Positions 9,703-21,298 of a DNA stretch of 64,000 nucleotides are shown piece after piece (the stretch's first letter is position 1; the number at the start of each line of letters is the position of its first letter). The DNA is from Pseudomonadales bacterium (GTDB lineage: Bacteria; Pseudomonadota; Gammaproteobacteria; Pseudomonadales; JAHRWD01). Under the pieces are notes generated by a model that searched no databases, had not been told where the DNA came from, and saw only the letters and a list, made by a program, of their open reading frames with translations. Position numbers and translations under genes: made by a program. The stretch is taken from contig JARGPR010000008.1 of assembly GCA_029210125.1 (NCBI GenBank), positions 56,635 through 120,634 on the forward strand, given 5' to 3'.

Positions 9703-10458
9703 TCAAAAAGAGCCTTCAAAGACAAATCGATTTTTCATCATCGTAAGCCGATGGCGAGGACCATCAACACTGGCATCCCAAGTATCGTATCCTGCATCTC
9801 CTGCCCACATCACAACGCGGTCGGTAGCGCCGCTTTTATCCGCACGGGTCTGGTACACACCCACTGGGGTTGAATCAAAGTGAGCTAATAAGTCGTCAAC
9901 GTTGGAGTGTTGGGATAAGGTGTAAAGCGTAACCCAGGTTGGGGCAACCAGATCAATTTCGCCATTGTCGCGCATTTTGATTGCCTGCGCCGGGTTGACC
10001 CACTGATGCTCATGGATCTCCTGCCCATCAATAGTGACTTCAAGTTGATCCGGTGCACGTGCAGCAAAAAAGGAGGTTTCAAAACGTTTTTGGGTAATAG
10101 CAGGGGGTGTCCATTGGGCAAATTGGATAAAGTGCTCCGGGTCAATATCCACACCCGCTTCCTCTTTCGTCTCGCGCGCCGCAGCGGTACGTGCAGCCAA
10201 TTCTTCATCACCGTTTGCTGGGTAGTCGTCTGGATCAATACGACCACCGGGGAATACCCACATTCCCCCAAACCCTATTTTGGGGTTTTTACGCAACATT
10301 AATATATTGATTCCATCATCGCTATCCCTTAAAAGCACAACGGTAGCGGCAGGAATCGCCGGTGGGAAAGATTGACTAGTACCATCATTCGAGGATTTAT
10401 AGATATCCGCATCGATGACATTACCTTTTTTTGATTCTGGCTTTAATGGATCAGACAT
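9703..10458 (-). CDS. NUDIX hydrolase (NUDT19-like)
   Basis: PAATVVLLRD, VFPGGRID..AARETKEEAG Nudix box with insertion, WTPP..KRFETSFF. Confidence 0.88.
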   Translation of the reverse strand: MSDPLKPESKKGNVIDADIYKSSNDGTSQSFPPAIPAATVVLLRDSDDGINILMLRKNPKIGFGGMWVFPGGRIDPDDYPANGDEELAARTAAARETKEEAGVDIDPEHFIQFAQWTPPAITQKRFETSFFAARAPDQLEVTIDGQEIHEHQWVNPAQAIKMRDNGEIDLVAPTWVTLYTLSQHSNVDDLLAHFDSTPVGVYQTRADKSGATDRVVMWAGDAGYDTWDASVDGPRHRLTMMKNRFVFEGSF

Positions 10459-10828
10459 GACTGCTCTCGGTAGTGATATTTGGAAGTAAGGAACAGCTCT
10501 AATTGGCTGTAGCTGATACCCTCTAGTCTCTAAATCATTTGGTAAAATACTAACCGCAAACGAAATTGCTCCGCCAGTTTACACGATTGATAGCCCCCTC
10601 GATCCATAATCTACCGAAACCCAAGGTAGATTTTTTCGAATGGGTGGGCATAGTTTTCACTAAATTTTCTTGATCATTAGCAAACAACGCATTGAAGTAA
10701 ATGAAAGGGATAATGAATGACGACTAGCAGACTGACTGGACAGGGACAGTGCTGAGGGGGCTGTCGGTGAATACCAATAACGGGGTAAAACCAGCTAATT
10801 CGTGCCGATTTCAAAAATGATTGATTTG

Positions 10829-11587
10829 CTACAACCGAACTTCAACCCCTTTCCCTTGCATCGCCTTTTTAGCTTCTTCGATGGTGTGTTCTGCAAAATG
10901 AAAGATACTTGCGGCCAGCACAGCATCGGCTTTGCCCTGTAGTACGCCTTCGGTCAAATGATCAAGGTTACCGACCCCGCCGGAGGCAATCACGGGTACC
11001 GACACCGCTTCACTGACTGCCCGGGTTAGCTCTAGATCAAAACCATCACGGGTGCCGTCACGATCCATGCTGGTAAGCAAAATTTCACCGGCACCACGTT
11101 CAACCATCTGTTTGGCCCATTCAATTGCGTCAATACCGGTGGGTTTGCGGCCACCATGGGTAAAGATCTCCCAGTGATCGCCCTGGCGTTTTGCGTCAAT
11201 CGCTACCACGATACATTGGGAGCCAAACCTTTGTGCAGCTTCGGAAACAAACTCAGGGTTAAAAACCGCTGCGGTATTGATACCCACTTTATCCGCCCCG
11301 GCGTTGAGCATAGCTCGAATATCTTCGACGGTGCGTATGCCACCACCAACGGTCAGCGGAATAAAAACCTGACTGGCGATATCTTCTACCATATGAATAG
11401 TGGTATCGCGACCCTCATGGCTTGCAGTGATATCCAGGAAGGTAATCTCATCGGCACCTTCCCGGTCGTAGCGTTTGGCGACCTCAACAGGATCACCGGC
11501 ATCGCGGATATCTACAAATTTCACCCCTTTAACGACGCGACCTTTATCAACATCCAGGCAGGGAATAATACGTTTGGCGAGGCTCAT
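10829..11587 (-). CDS. hisF: Imidazole glycerol phosphate synthase subunit HisF
   Basis: [17 protein letters not shown]; SMDRDGT; ASGG. Confidence 0.98.
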   Translation of the reverse strand: MSLAKRIIPCLDVDKGRVVKGVKFVDIRDAGDPVEVAKRYDREGADEITFLDITASHEGRDTTIHMVEDIASQVFIPLTVGGGIRTVEDIRAMLNAGADKVGINTAAVFNPEFVSEAAQRFGSQCIVVAIDAKRQGDHWEIFTHGGRKPTGIDAIEWAKQMVERGAGEILLTSMDRDGTRDGFDLELTRAVSEAVSVPVIASGGVGNLDHLTEGVLQGKADAVLAASIFHFAEHTIEEAKKAMQGKGVEVRL

Positions 11588-11605
11588 GGTTGGTTTTCCT
11601 AGATG

Positions 11606-12364
11606 CTATTTAGCGGCCTGGGTTGGGGCTTTGCTGTCACAATATTGTTGGGCTTTTTCAAGATCAATAGTACCGTCGTAGATAGCCCGGCCAGTAATTG
11701 CACCACTAATACCCTGGGCTGCAACCGCAACCAGTGCTTCAATATCTTTCATATCGGTTATGCCACCGGAGGCGATTACAGGAATTGACGACGCTTTGGC
11801 CATGTTTAATGTGGCCTCTACGTTGACGCCCTGCATCATGCCGTCACGGCTGATATCGGTATAAACAATGGAGTCTACACCGCTCTGTTCGAAACGTTTT
11901 GCTAGCTCGGTGGCCAGCACGCCGGTATCGGTAGCCCAGCCTTCGGTGGCGACTTTGCCATCCCGTGCATCCAGCCCGACCATAATGTGGCCGGGGTACT
12001 CTTTACAGCACAGATCCACAAACTCAGGATCTTCGACCGCTTTGGTACCGATAATGACGGACTGTACTCCGGCTTCCAGATAATGCTCGATAATTTCCAG
12101 CGAGCGAATACCACCGCCAATCTGTACCGGCAGGTCTGGGTAGGCTTTGGCTATTGCGGTGACCGCTTCGCCATTTACCGGTTTGCCAGCAAAAGCTCCG
12201 TTCAGATCGACAAGATGCAATCTACGCGCACCGGCTTTATACCAGCGCCCCGCCATTGCCACGGGGTCTTCGCCAAAGGTGGTGGAGTCCTCCATTCGGC
12301 CTTGACGTAAGCGTACGCAGTGGCCATCTTTTAGATCAATTGCCGGGATTACTAACATCATCAA
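11606..12364 (-). CDS. hisA: ProFAR isomerase HisA
   Basis: [17 protein letters not shown]; QIGGGIR; TDISRDG. Confidence 0.98.
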   Translation of the reverse strand: MMMLVIPAIDLKDGHCVRLRQGRMEDSTTFGEDPVAMAGRWYKAGARRLHLVDLNGAFAGKPVNGEAVTAIAKAYPDLPVQIGGGIRSLEIIEHYLEAGVQSVIIGTKAVEDPEFVDLCCKEYPGHIMVGLDARDGKVATEGWATDTGVLATELAKRFEQSGVDSIVYTDISRDGMMQGVNVEATLNMAKASSIPVIASGGITDMKDIEALVAVAAQGISGAITGRAIYDGTIDLEKAQQYCDSKAPTQAAK

Positions 12365-12399
12365 ATTGTCTCTCTCTTAATTCTTCCAGTACTCGTGAC

Positions 12400-13044
12400 T
12401 TAGCAGGAGCCATCCCAGTTTACAAAATTCTTCAGTAGCGCTAATCCAGCATGCTGGCTTTTTTCGGGGTGGAACTGGGTTGCAAACAAGTTAGTGTCGG
12501 CCATTACGCTGGTAAAGGTCGAACTGTATTCGGTACTTCCGTAAATCTGCTGGTCATTTTCTGCGTCAACATAATAGCTGTGCACAAAGTAGAAACGGCT
12601 ATCGGACTCGATACCGTGCCAGATCGGGTGATCCTGTACCTGCTTCACCTGATTCCAGCCCATGTGCGGAACCTTTAGTCTTTCACCATTTTTATCAACC
12701 AGATTATCGCCAAAAAAACGTACCTTGCCAGGCAGTACGCCTATGCAATCTACTCCCTGGTTCTCTTCACTGACATCCATCAAAGCTTGCATACCGACAC
12801 AGATAGCTAGTACCGGGCGGGTTTTAATCAGCTCAGGCAAAAGTGTATCAAGCCCTAAACGACGTATTTCAGCCATGCAGTCGCGTATAGCGCCGACACC
12901 GGGAAACATCACCCGTTCAGCTGCGAGGATTTGATCTCGATCACTGGTGACGACAATTTTTTTGCCCGGGGCTACGAATTCCAGTGCTTTAGACGCGGAG
13001 TGGAGATTACCCATACCGTAATCGATGACGGCTACATCAACCAT
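12400..13044 (-). CDS. hisH: Imidazole glycerol phosphate synthase glutaminase subunit HisH
   Basis: [26 protein letters not shown]. Confidence 0.98.
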   Translation of the reverse strand: MVDVAVIDYGMGNLHSASKALEFVAPGKKIVVTSDRDQILAAERVMFPGVGAIRDCMAEIRRLGLDTLLPELIKTRPVLAICVGMQALMDVSEENQGVDCIGVLPGKVRFFGDNLVDKNGERLKVPHMGWNQVKQVQDHPIWHGIESDSRFYFVHSYYVDAENDQQIYGSTEYSSTFTSVMADTNLFATQFHPEKSQHAGLALLKNFVNWDGSC

Positions 13045-13161
13045 ATTTTAATGCCTGCTAAATAGAAGCGCTTCAGATACCACTGATTCTGTATTATCAG
13101 CGGCATCCTAAATTAATCAAACGAAGTGGTGAACAGTGAAAGAACCTGTAAGGCTATGCTC

Positions 13162-13755
13162 TTATAACGCGCCTTTGGTGGAGGGCAATATACCCTCAGC
13201 CCTTGGGTCTGGCTCAATCGCCATACGCAATGCGCGGCCAAACGCCTTAAAGAGCGTTTCGGCCTGATGATGGCTGTTGTGGCCCTTTAGATTATCCAGA
13301 TGAAGCGTTACGTTGGCGTGATTCACAAACCCTTGAAAGAACTCATAAACCAGTTCAAGGTCAAAATTTCCCACACTTGCCCGAGTAAATGTTACGTCAA
13401 ATTCCAGACCAGGACGGCCTGACAGATCGATAACCACCCGTGATAGCGCTTCATCTAAAGGCACGTAAGCGTGGCCATACCGGCGAATACCTTTTTTGTC
13501 ACCCACCGCTTGCGCGAGCGCCTGGCCCAATGTAATGCCGATATCTTCAACCGTGTGGTGGGCATCAATCTCCAGATCACCTTTGGCATGAATCTCCAGA
13601 TCAACCATACCGTGACGGGCGATTTGATCCATCATGTGATCAAGAAAGGGAACACCTGTCTCAAATTTGGCATTGCCGCTGCCATCAAGATTAATCTCGA
13701 CGGTGATTTGGGTCTCAAGGGTATCTCTACTTACTTTGGCCTTTCGGTCAGCCAT
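13162..13755 (-). CDS. hisB: Imidazoleglycerol-phosphate dehydratase
   Basis: [21 protein letters not shown]. Confidence 0.98.
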   Translation of the reverse strand: MADRKAKVSRDTLETQITVEINLDGSGNAKFETGVPFLDHMMDQIARHGMVDLEIHAKGDLEIDAHHTVEDIGITLGQALAQAVGDKKGIRRYGHAYVPLDEALSRVVIDLSGRPGLEFDVTFTRASVGNFDLELVYEFFQGFVNHANVTLHLDNLKGHNSHHQAETLFKAFGRALRMAIEPDPRAEGILPSTKGAL

Positions 13756-14067
13756 AGGTATTTCCTAAATTACGCTATTTTGTGGAGCGCTATTATAGGG
13801 GCAAAGAGGAACTCATTTCATGCACTTTAAACCCATGGCCTTCCAATCAATAATGAATCCATATAGAGACTCAATATCAAGCTTTAACCGCTGCAAAGCT
13901 AGCTGCTACCGCATCGATACATATTCTGCCGCATAATCAGAATATCGAACCTAACCCGAATGGGAATTATCCGGTATAATCGCCTGCTTTTGATTGTCAA
14001 TGGACGTGGATATTCGCGCCATACAGCCATCCAACCGTTCCTTAGTAGAGAAGTATAAGAGCACATC

Positions 14068-15069
14068 ATGTCGACCTGGTTAGCGGTAGTAGCGATTTTT
14101 GCAGGCTTTGTGGTTTTAGCCAAAAGCGCCGATGCCTTTGTTGATGGTGCCGCAGCCTGTGCAGGGAATTTTGGTATGTCCCCCGCGATGGTGGGTTTAA
14201 CAGTCGTCTCTCTGGGAACCTCTGCCCCTGAAATTCTTGTTTCTATGATGGCCTCCTTTGATGGTTCGGCAAGTCTGGCGGTGGGTAACGCGATAGGCTC
14301 CAACATTGCAAACACCGGTTTGGTGCTGGGTATTACCGCATTGATCGCTCCGATTCCGGTACGGGAATGGGTTGTGACTCGTGAATTACCGATCCTTTTT
14401 ATGATCACCGTCGGCGCAGGTTTAACACTGGTTGATCTATCCCTTGATCCCATTGACGGCGGCCTGCTATTACTCGGGCTAGCAGCTGTAATCTATATCC
14501 TCGCATCGGAAAAAGGCAAAGAAAAAACCTTTCTAGAGGAGGTTCTTGAAGAAGAGACCAAGGAGCACGTGATTGAGCTACCCAATATCAGCACCGCCCA
14601 CGGTGTTCGTCTGTTATCAATCGGTCTGGTTTTATTGTTAATCAGCTCAAAGATTTTAGTTTGGGGTGCAACCAGCATTGCCGTTACGCTGGGGGTCAGT
14701 GATGCAGTGATTGGACTAACTATTGTGGCCATCGGTACCAGCCTACCGGAACTGGCAGCCACTATTAGCTGCGCACTAAAGGGGCATCATGATATCGCCC
14801 TGGGTAACATTATCGGCTCCAATATTTTTAATATGGTCGCGGTGCTACCGATACCGGCACTACTGAGCCCGTTAGTTCTCGATTCTGCATTCCTATATCG
14901 CGACTTCGGTTTTATGTTGCTATTAACGGTCATGTTGATGATATTTGCCTATGGTTTCCCGATGAAGCTATCCGGAGGCATGATCTCACGACGAAAAGGT
15001 CTGATCCTGCTGGTAACCTACGTCGCATTTAACTGGACACTTTATGGAACCGCCATCCAATCCACCTAA
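14068..15069 (+). CDS. yrbG: Calcium/sodium antiporter (YrbG family)
   Basis: Two alpha repeats: GTSAPE..GSNI and GTSLPE..GSNI. Confidence 0.92.
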   Translation: MSTWLAVVAIFAGFVVLAKSADAFVDGAAACAGNFGMSPAMVGLTVVSLGTSAPEILVSMMASFDGSASLAVGNAIGSNIANTGLVLGITALIAPIPVREWVVTRELPILFMITVGAGLTLVDLSLDPIDGGLLLLGLAAVIYILASEKGKEKTFLEEVLEEETKEHVIELPNISTAHGVRLLSIGLVLLLISSKILVWGATSIAVTLGVSDAVIGLTIVAIGTSLPELAATISCALKGHHDIALGNIIGSNIFNMVAVLPIPALLSPLVLDSAFLYRDFGFMLLLTVMLMIFAYGFPMKLSGGMISRRKGLILLVTYVAFNWTLYGTAIQST

Positions 15070-15088
15070 ATTTGTACCGAGTTAACCT

Positions 15089-16066
15089 ATGCCCTATTCC
15101 GACCAAGAACTTATCGATTCGGCCAAACGTACCATTCAGGTCGAGACCAATGCACTAGAAGCCCTGCAGCCACGGGTGGACCAGTCATTTGTAAACGCTT
15201 GCCGGCTGATCCTGGAATGTGAAGGCCACGTAGTCGTCACTGGCATGGGAAAATCAGGCCATATTGGCAACAAAATAGCAGCCACGCTGGCCAGTACCGG
15301 CACCCCCTCACACTTTGTGCACCCGGGCGAAGCCAGCCACGGTGACCTCGGCATGATCACCAACAAGGATATCGTGCTGGCACTGTCGAATTCTGGTACC
15401 ACCAGCGAACTATTGATGATTGTGCCGCTGCTGAAACGTTCACAAATCCCGATGATCAGCATGACGGGGGATGCAGTCTCACCGTTGGCGCTTACCGCCG
15501 ACGTGCATCTGGATGCCTCTGTTGAAAAAGAAGCCTGCCCCCTCGGGCTTGCGCCAACTTCAAGTACAACCGTGGCATTGGCCATTGGTGATGCGCTGGC
15601 TATTGCCTTGCTCGAGTCCCGTGGTTTTACAGCGGAGGATTTCGCATTTTCCCATCCCGGCGGACGACTTGGTCGCCGGCTGTTGGTGAAGGTGCAGGAA
15701 ATCATGCACGGCGGAGACACCATGCCGCTGGTCAAATCGGGTAGCAATCTCGGAGAAGCGCTATTGGAGATGAGTCGCAAAGGTTTAGGCATAACCGGCA
15801 TAGTCGATACCGAGGGTAAACTTTGCGGGGTATTTACCGATGGGGACCTGCGTCGTGCGCTCGATCAATCATTAGATGTTCGTGAGATTGAAATCGATCA
15901 GGTGATGACACGAAAGTGCAAAACCATCTCAGCCAACACCCTGGCAATTGATGCCTTCAACCAACTCGAAGACAATAAGATCATGGCGCTTTTTGCGGTC
16001 GACGATAATCACAAACCAACCGGCGCACTGCATATGCACGACCTGTTTAGATCCGGCGTTGTATAA
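15089..16066 (+). CDS. kdsD: Arabinose-5-phosphate isomerase
   Basis: GMGKSGHIG, EASHGDLG, APTSSTT, C-terminal CBS pair. Confidence 0.97.
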   Translation: MPYSDQELIDSAKRTIQVETNALEALQPRVDQSFVNACRLILECEGHVVVTGMGKSGHIGNKIAATLASTGTPSHFVHPGEASHGDLGMITNKDIVLALSNSGTTSELLMIVPLLKRSQIPMISMTGDAVSPLALTADVHLDASVEKEACPLGLAPTSSTTVALAIGDALAIALLESRGFTAEDFAFSHPGGRLGRRLLVKVQEIMHGGDTMPLVKSGSNLGEALLEMSRKGLGITGIVDTEGKLCGVFTDGDLRRALDQSLDVREIEIDQVMTRKCKTISANTLAIDAFNQLEDNKIMALFAVDDNHKPTGALHMHDLFRSGVV

Positions 16067-16123
16067 ACTCCGGTGATCACCGCTAGCTGAAATTTTCCGC
16101 CAACCTGAAAGGCCTATCTGACA

Positions 16124-16669
16124 TTGATTCAATTACCTGACAACATCCGCGCTCGCGCCGCGAAAATCCGCCTACTATGCCTTGATGTCGATGGCGTATT
16201 AACCAGTGGGCACCTCCACTATTCCGCCGACGGTGAACAGCTTAAAGTATTCAATAGCCTCGACGGTCACGGCATTAAAATGCTGCAGGCCTCTGGGGTT
16301 GATATTGCGATCATCAGCGGCCGCCGCTCTGAGGCCCTGATCCGCCGGGGTAATGACCTGGGCATCAAACACCTGTATTTAGGCTGCGAAGACAAACTGA
16401 CCCACGCCAAAGATCTGCTCGAGAAGCTAAATCTGGATTTTTCTCAGTTCGCCCATGTCGGTGATGATCTACCTGATCTGCCATTGATTACGCGAGCTGA
16501 ACTCGGTATCTGCGTCAACAATGCCCATTGGCTGCTCAAACAAAACTCTAACTGGCAAACCCAGCTATCCGGAGGCGAAGGTGCAGTACGGGAGGTTTGT
16601 GATCTGATTATGCACGCCCAGGGTAATTTAGATAAAGCGCATGCGGCGTATCTGGAAACCGATACGTAA
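16124..16669 (+). CDS. kdsC: KDO-8-phosphate phosphatase
   Basis: DVDGVLT, GDDLPD, GGEGAVREVCD; synteny with kdsD. Confidence 0.95.
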   Translation: MIQLPDNIRARAAKIRLLCLDVDGVLTSGHLHYSADGEQLKVFNSLDGHGIKMLQASGVDIAIISGRRSEALIRRGNDLGIKHLYLGCEDKLTHAKDLLEKLNLDFSQFAHVGDDLPDLPLITRAELGICVNNAHWLLKQNSNWQTQLSGGEGAVREVCDLIMHAQGNLDKAHAAYLETDT

Positions 16670-16693
16670 CCGAACAGGGTTTCGTACTGCCTC

Positions 16694-17332
16694 ATGATTC
16701 GACGCAATCGATTTCTTGTTGTTATAGCCACCGGCGCATTGTTGCTGTTCAGCTACCTCGTCGACAACATCACTTTCGACCCCTTCGAACCCTTTGAGCA
16801 ACCATGGCTGCGCGAAGTCAAAACTGGCCCTGAATACGTGATGCAAGATACCCGTACGATTCAATACAATGAGCTGGGTTTAGAGCGATTCAGCATGACG
16901 ACCACCCAACTTTCGCAATCTTTGGGAAGCAGGACTATCGAAATCACAAACCCCCGGATCGTGTTAGAAAAAACAGCCCCCAAGACAGCCCACCAAACCT
17001 GGATGATAAGTGCTGACCATGGCCAGATCCTTAACACAGCAGATCAATCCCACGAACAACTCCTGCTTGATCAAAACGTCATCATCAGATCGCTACAACC
17101 TGACACCGATGGTTTTAGCCTCAATACCTCCAAACTGGAAATCTCCCCTGAAAGTAAACTGGCGAGCTCATCTGAACCAGTGGTGATCATTGCTCGGGAT
17201 GTTAGTACTAGCGCAACCGGGCTGGATCTTGATTTTGATCGTGGGATTGTTAAGCTCAGATCTCAGGTCAACACGACGATTCAACCGCATTCGCTAAACC
17301 AACCCGCAGCTCAAACCAGGTCAGGCCACTAG
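16694..17332 (+). CDS. lptC: LPS export protein LptC
   Basis: N-terminal TM followed by beta-jellyroll-like sequence; position between kdsC and lptA. Confidence 0.85.
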   Translation: MIRRNRFLVVIATGALLLFSYLVDNITFDPFEPFEQPWLREVKTGPEYVMQDTRTIQYNELGLERFSMTTTQLSQSLGSRTIEITNPRIVLEKTAPKTAHQTWMISADHGQILNTADQSHEQLLLDQNVIIRSLQPDTDGFSLNTSKLEISPESKLASSSEPVVIIARDVSTSATGLDLDFDRGIVKLRSQVNTTIQPHSLNQPAAQTRSGH

Positions 17333-17336
17333 AACA

Positions 17337-17915
17337 GTGATCGTTGCTATAACAAACAGTTTGTTCAAAGAGCTTATTGCACCTCGTTACCTATCCTGGC
17401 TTTCCTTTTTTATGGCGTTCATGATGGCACTCATCTCGTCGATGAGCTTTGCCGAGGTCAACGCACCGAACCCAACGGCAGGACTGCCTGAATATCCGAT
17501 CAAAATACAGGCCGACTCGGCAACTTTCAACGAACAGCAGCAATCTATGGAATACCTTGGATCTGTAACCATGCAGCAGGGGCCGCTACGTATTGAGGCA
17601 GAAGTGATTACTATATTAAGCGATGAAAGTGGGATAACAGAGCTTATTGCCAGCGGTAACCCTGTCCGCTATCAACAAACAAAAACCGAGAGCAGCCCTT
17701 CCATCACTGCTGAGGCCCACCGGATTCACTACTTCAAAATCGATGAACGAATGGAATTGACGGGGGATGCGTTTCTCGATCAGGATGGTCAATCATTTCG
17801 GGCTCCACGCATTGAATATATGCTTGAACAACAAACCCTGAGGGCGCTTGGCAGTCCGGCAGGGAAAAACAAGGGCCGGGTCATCATGGTCATTCCGCCC
17901 CGCTCTACCCAATAG
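17337..17915 (+). CDS. lptA: LPS transport periplasmic protein LptA
   Basis: [26 protein letters not shown]; synteny. Confidence 0.9.
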   Translation: MIVAITNSLFKELIAPRYLSWLSFFMAFMMALISSMSFAEVNAPNPTAGLPEYPIKIQADSATFNEQQQSMEYLGSVTMQQGPLRIEAEVITILSDESGITELIASGNPVRYQQTKTESSPSITAEAHRIHYFKIDERMELTGDAFLDQDGQSFRAPRIEYMLEQQTLRALGSPAGKNKGRVIMVIPPRSTQ

Positions 17916-17920
17916 GTCTT

Positions 17921-18655
17921 TTGCTTTTGAGCTCAACACTACAGATCACAGGTCTTGAAAAACAGTTCAAGCAACGGAAGGTCGTTCAGGGGGTATCTCT
18001 TTCGGTCAGCAGCGGTGAAATCGTTGGTTTGCTCGGCCCTAACGGTGCCGGAAAAACCACCTGTTTTTATATGATCGTTGGCTTGATTCAGCAGGATAAA
18101 GGTCAAATCACGCTGGGTGATATCGATATTTCATCTTTCCCAATGCACAAGCGGGCACAACATGGTATTGGATATCTACCCCAGGAAGCGTCGATATTTC
18201 GCACCCTAACCGTCGAACAGAATATACTCGCGATTTTGGAGACCAGGAAAAACCTCAACAAACAGCAACGATTCGAACGACTGAATCAGCTACTCACTGA
18301 ATTTCACATCACCCATATCCGCAATAGTAAAGGACAAGCATTGTCTGGCGGAGAACGCAGGCGGGTGGAAATCGCCCGCGCCCTGGCAACCGATCCATCT
18401 TTTATTTTGCTGGATGAACCCTTTGCAGGGGTTGACCCTATCGCGGTAAACGACATCAAACTCATCATCAATGAGCTAAAAAGTCGATGTATTGGTGTGC
18501 TGATTACAGATCACAATGTCCGGGAAACCCTCGACATATGTGAAAAAGCCTACATCGTAAGCGAAGGTAGAGTTATAGCCCAGGGTGACGCCGAAGAGAT
18601 CATGAGTAATGCTGACGTGAGAAAGGTTTATCTGGGTGAGCAGTTCAAACTGTAA
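17921..18655 (+). CDS. lptB: LPS export ABC ATPase
   Basis: [39 protein letters not shown]. Confidence 0.97.
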   Translation: MLLSSTLQITGLEKQFKQRKVVQGVSLSVSSGEIVGLLGPNGAGKTTCFYMIVGLIQQDKGQITLGDIDISSFPMHKRAQHGIGYLPQEASIFRTLTVEQNILAILETRKNLNKQQRFERLNQLLTEFHITHIRNSKGQALSGGERRRVEIARALATDPSFILLDEPFAGVDPIAVNDIKLIINELKSRCIGVLITDHNVRETLDICEKAYIVSEGRVIAQGDAEEIMSNADVRKVYLGEQFKL

Positions 18656-18768
18656 ACGCTATAATCTAAATCAAGGGTTAGTGAAATGTTCAGCATTAGT
18701 GCTGTAGTCGGATTAAAATAGGATTAAAATCGCACCATGGAAACAGTTAAAAGGCACTTGTTAGATTT

Positions 18769-20280
18769 ATGAAACCCACGCTTCAGCTAAAGTTGGGTCA
18801 GTCATTGACCATGACGCCACAACTTCAGCAGGCTATCCGCCTACTTCAGTTATCTACACTAGACCTCCAGCAGGAGATTCAGGAAGCACTCGAATCTAAT
18901 CCGATGCTTGAGGTGAATGACCAGGAACTCGACACCCCTGCTGACCAAAAAGACAATGATAGCCAGCAGTCCAAAAACGAAACAGAGATTGGCGATAACC
19001 TTCAAAATACTGAAACAACTGCCTCCTCTGACGAACAGGGCCTTGAGGCTACCGACCAATGGGATGATCAGGTAATTCCTGCTGAGCTTGCGGTAGATAC
19101 CAACTGGGATGACCTCTATCAGACCGCCGGTGCCAGCTCTCAGGGTTCGAGTGACTCTAGCGACATTAACTTTGATGAACGCAACAGCGCGGATGAAACA
19201 CTACAGGATCATCTTCACTGGCAGCTAAACCTCAGCATGATGTCGGACACCGACAGAGTGATTGCTTTGGCAATAATTGATGGCATCGATTCAGACGGGA
19301 TGTTAACCCATCCAATTGAAGAGATTCACGCCAGCCTCGAAACGGAACTCGATATTGAGTTAGACGAAGTCCTTGCAGTTTTACGTCGAGTTCAACACTT
19401 TGACCCGGTCGGGATCGCTGCACGAAATTTGAATGAATGCCTACTATTGCAACTGGCCCAACTTCCTGAAGATACACCGTCACTGTGTGATGCCGAAGCC
19501 ATTATCAACAACCATCTTGAGTCACTTGCCATTCGTGATTACGCGACCCTTAAGAAAAAACTAAAACTAAAAGATGAAGGGTTGAATCAGGCTATTCAAC
19601 TTATCCAAACGCTTAACCCCAAACCCGGTGCTTACTTATCCGATACTCGAACTGAGTATGTCGTCCCGGATGTTTTTGTCAGCAAAGTAAATGAGCGCTG
19701 GAAAGTTGAGTTAAATCCCGACATTGCACCAAAAATCCAGATTAACAATCAATATGCCTCGATGGTGCGACGAGCAGATAGCGGAAAAGACAATACTTTC
19801 CTACGCGAAAATCTGCAGGAAGCACGCTGGTTTATTAAAAGCCTGACCAGCCGCAATGAAACCTTGTTAAAGGTGGCGTCACGAATTGTGGAAGTCCAAC
19901 AGGGGTTCCTTGAGCATGGTGAGGAGGCCATGAAACCACTGGTTCTACATGACATTGCAGAGGTAGTTGAGATGCATGAATCCACTATATCAAGAGTCAC
20001 CACGCAAAAATATATGCACACACCGAGGGGTATTTTTGAGCTCAAATACTTTTTTTCCAGCCACCTTGGAACCACCTCCGGAGGTGAGTGCTCCTCTACC
20101 GCAATTCGCGCCATCATCAAAAAACTGGTGGTCGCGGAAAATCCAGTTAAACCATTAAGCGATAGCAAAATATCCGGTATCTTGAAAGAGCAAGGTATCA
20201 ATGTTGCGAGGAGAACCATAGCTAAATATCGGGAGGCGATGCAGATCCCTCCCTCTAATGAAAGAAAACAGCTGTTTTAG
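18769..20280 (+). CDS. rpoN: RNA polymerase sigma-54 factor
   Basis: [14 protein letters not shown]; HESTISR; RpoN box [10 protein letters not shown]. Confidence 0.99.
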   Translation: MKPTLQLKLGQSLTMTPQLQQAIRLLQLSTLDLQQEIQEALESNPMLEVNDQELDTPADQKDNDSQQSKNETEIGDNLQNTETTASSDEQGLEATDQWDDQVIPAELAVDTNWDDLYQTAGASSQGSSDSSDINFDERNSADETLQDHLHWQLNLSMMSDTDRVIALAIIDGIDSDGMLTHPIEEIHASLETELDIELDEVLAVLRRVQHFDPVGIAARNLNECLLLQLAQLPEDTPSLCDAEAIINNHLESLAIRDYATLKKKLKLKDEGLNQAIQLIQTLNPKPGAYLSDTRTEYVVPDVFVSKVNERWKVELNPDIAPKIQINNQYASMVRRADSGKDNTFLRENLQEARWFIKSLTSRNETLLKVASRIVEVQQGFLEHGEEAMKPLVLHDIAEVVEMHESTISRVTTQKYMHTPRGIFELKYFFSSHLGTTSGGECSSTAIRAIIKKLVVAENPVKPLSDSKISGILKEQGINVARRTIAKYREAMQIPPSNERKQLF

Positions 20281-20334
20281 AATACACCGTATTTCTTTAA
20301 CCCCCATGATCAAGTCTGCGTAAGGAGACTCACT

Positions 20335-20640
20335 ATGCAAGTAAATATCAGCGGTCATCACATTGAATTAACTACCGCCCTAAAAGATTACGTTAACCAA
20401 AAAACCGAGCGGCTTGCTCGGCATTTCGATCAAATTTCCAATGTAGATGTGGTGCTCAGCGTCGAAAAACAGCGACAAAAAGTAGAGGCCAATATCCACG
20501 TATCAGGCAAGGACCTATTTGCCAATGTCGAAGACAGTGATATGTATGCGGCAATAGATAAGCTAGTAGACAAACTCGACCGGCAACTGATAAAACACAA
20601 AGAAAAAACTACGGATCGCCGACAGGGCAACGCACAGTAG
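20335..20640 (+). CDS. hpf: Ribosome hibernation promoting factor
   Basis: MQVNISGHH..DMYAAIDKLVDKLDRQL; directly after rpoN. Confidence 0.96.
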   Translation: MQVNISGHHIELTTALKDYVNQKTERLARHFDQISNVDVVLSVEKQRQKVEANIHVSGKDLFANVEDSDMYAAIDKLVDKLDRQLIKHKEKTTDRRQGNAQ

Positions 20641-20800
20641 TTACATGCTTAACTATAAATACTCACCGCTACGGCCGTAGCAAAACACACTACTCTAAGA
20701 TGAATGTTGTTTATACTGCATACTGTGTAGACAACATTCATCAGCACCTTCACAACCTTATAAGCACTCTACCTTCGATGAAACCAGGCTTTCTTTCCGC

Positions 20801-21268
20801 ATGAAAATTGACAAGATTCTGACCCAGAGCCGTACTCTGATCATCTCGGAAGGCAGAAGTAAAAAAAGACTGCTTGAGAAAGCATCCAAATTACTCGCCA
20901 GAATGTTCCCGGAACTTGATAGCTGCGGCCTGTTTGAGGGGCTTATCGCTAGAGAACGCCTCGGTAGTACGGCTATTGGAAATGGGGTAGCCATACCGCA
21001 TTGCCGTGTTCCGTATTGTCGAGAAATCCTCGGTATGCTTATTTTATTAGACGAAGGTGTTGAGTTTGACGCCATTGATGAACACAAAGTAGATCTTCTT
21101 TTTATTCTGCTGGTACCGATGGAATCTACCCACGAGCACCTGGAAACCCTTGCGCTATTATCCAATCTTTTTAGTGATGCAGAGTATTGCGCGAAACTAA
21201 GATCAGCAACAGAATCCGACACTCTTTTTCAGTCCGCTATCGAATGTAAAACCCCGACCCCAACTTAG
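20801..21268 (+). CDS. ptsN: PTS IIA-Ntr
   Basis: RERLGSTAIGNGVAIPH phospho-His motif. Confidence 0.93.
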   Translation: MKIDKILTQSRTLIISEGRSKKRLLEKASKLLARMFPELDSCGLFEGLIARERLGSTAIGNGVAIPHCRVPYCREILGMLILLDEGVEFDAIDEHKVDLLFILLVPMESTHEHLETLALLSNLFSDAEYCAKLRSATESDTLFQSAIECKTPTPT

Positions 21269-21298
21269 AAATAGATCGTTCACGAAGGGATCATCGCA

